Source of the DNA: Octopus bimaculoides
Taxonomy: Eukaryota
Length of the DNA stretch: 46,668 nt
Direction of reading: 5' to 3'
NCBI RefSeq assembly: GCF_001194135.2
Contig: NC_068982.1
Coordinates: 8,229,191 to 8,275,858 of the forward strand
In this document: positions 46,507 to 46,668 of the stretch, piece after piece
How the letters are laid out: every line of letters starts with the position of its first letter
Numbering within the stretch: the first letter of the stretch is position 1
Translations under genes and position numbers: made by a program
The notes under the pieces: model-generated
Database searches by the model: none
What the model saw: only the letters and a program-made list of their open reading frames with translations
What the model was told of the DNA's origin: nothing

Positions 46507-46668
46507 AGGTGCAGGCATTTGCAATCATATGGTTTCGACTTCAGTACCACAGTATGGTACCTAGGGTAAAGGGTCCTCTGCTAAAGCCCCGGGCTGGGCA
46601 ATGGCAGTGAGTTTAGTAGACGGAAACTGATAGAAGCCAGTCGTATATATATATATATATATATATAT
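46507..46668 (+). mobile_element. SINE family 1, 5' part
   Basis: AGGTGCAGGC...GGAAACTGATAGAAGCCAGTCG(TA)n. Confidence 0.7.

Noticed and set aside
46380-46530. Cys-rich minus-strand peptide (ANACTYVTLC...EDCIKGRCAC) as a possible upstream exon
   Set aside because: In-frame TGA, and part of it is the antisense of a SINE head starting at 46507.

Overview
Eukaryotic, AT-rich, microsatellite- and SINE-dense genomic DNA with about a dozen N gaps; the repeat families suggest an octopus (inference). Almost the whole window is one multi-exon gene on the minus strand, open at both ends. I traced 35 complete or partial exons by hand with GT-AG boundaries and continuous reading phase. The protein reads N to C as three vWD-C8-TIL assemblies (D1 end, D2, D', D3, as in gel-forming mucins, vWF, SCO-spondin and hemocytin), one LDL-receptor class A repeat, then a tandem array of ~2 kb four-exon units. 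Each unit encodes a compact discoidin/F5-8C-like domain plus short Ser/Thr/Pro linkers; at least 4 copies are present and two run into gaps. The introns hold several tRNA-derived SINE families, hAT and Tigger-like MITEs, RTE and CR1/L2 LINE relics, and many Penelope-like element (PLE) pieces: an open RT at 1-448, a GIY-YIG relic, and terminal repeats. The most notable extras are two minimal hammerhead-ribozyme motifs on the host-gene strand, a full-length 5S rRNA copy fused into a SINE (possible 5S-headed SINE), and an orphan TIL-like exon stranded between PLE terminal sequences. All alignments and family calls were made by eye; repeat boundaries are approximate and no database search was run.
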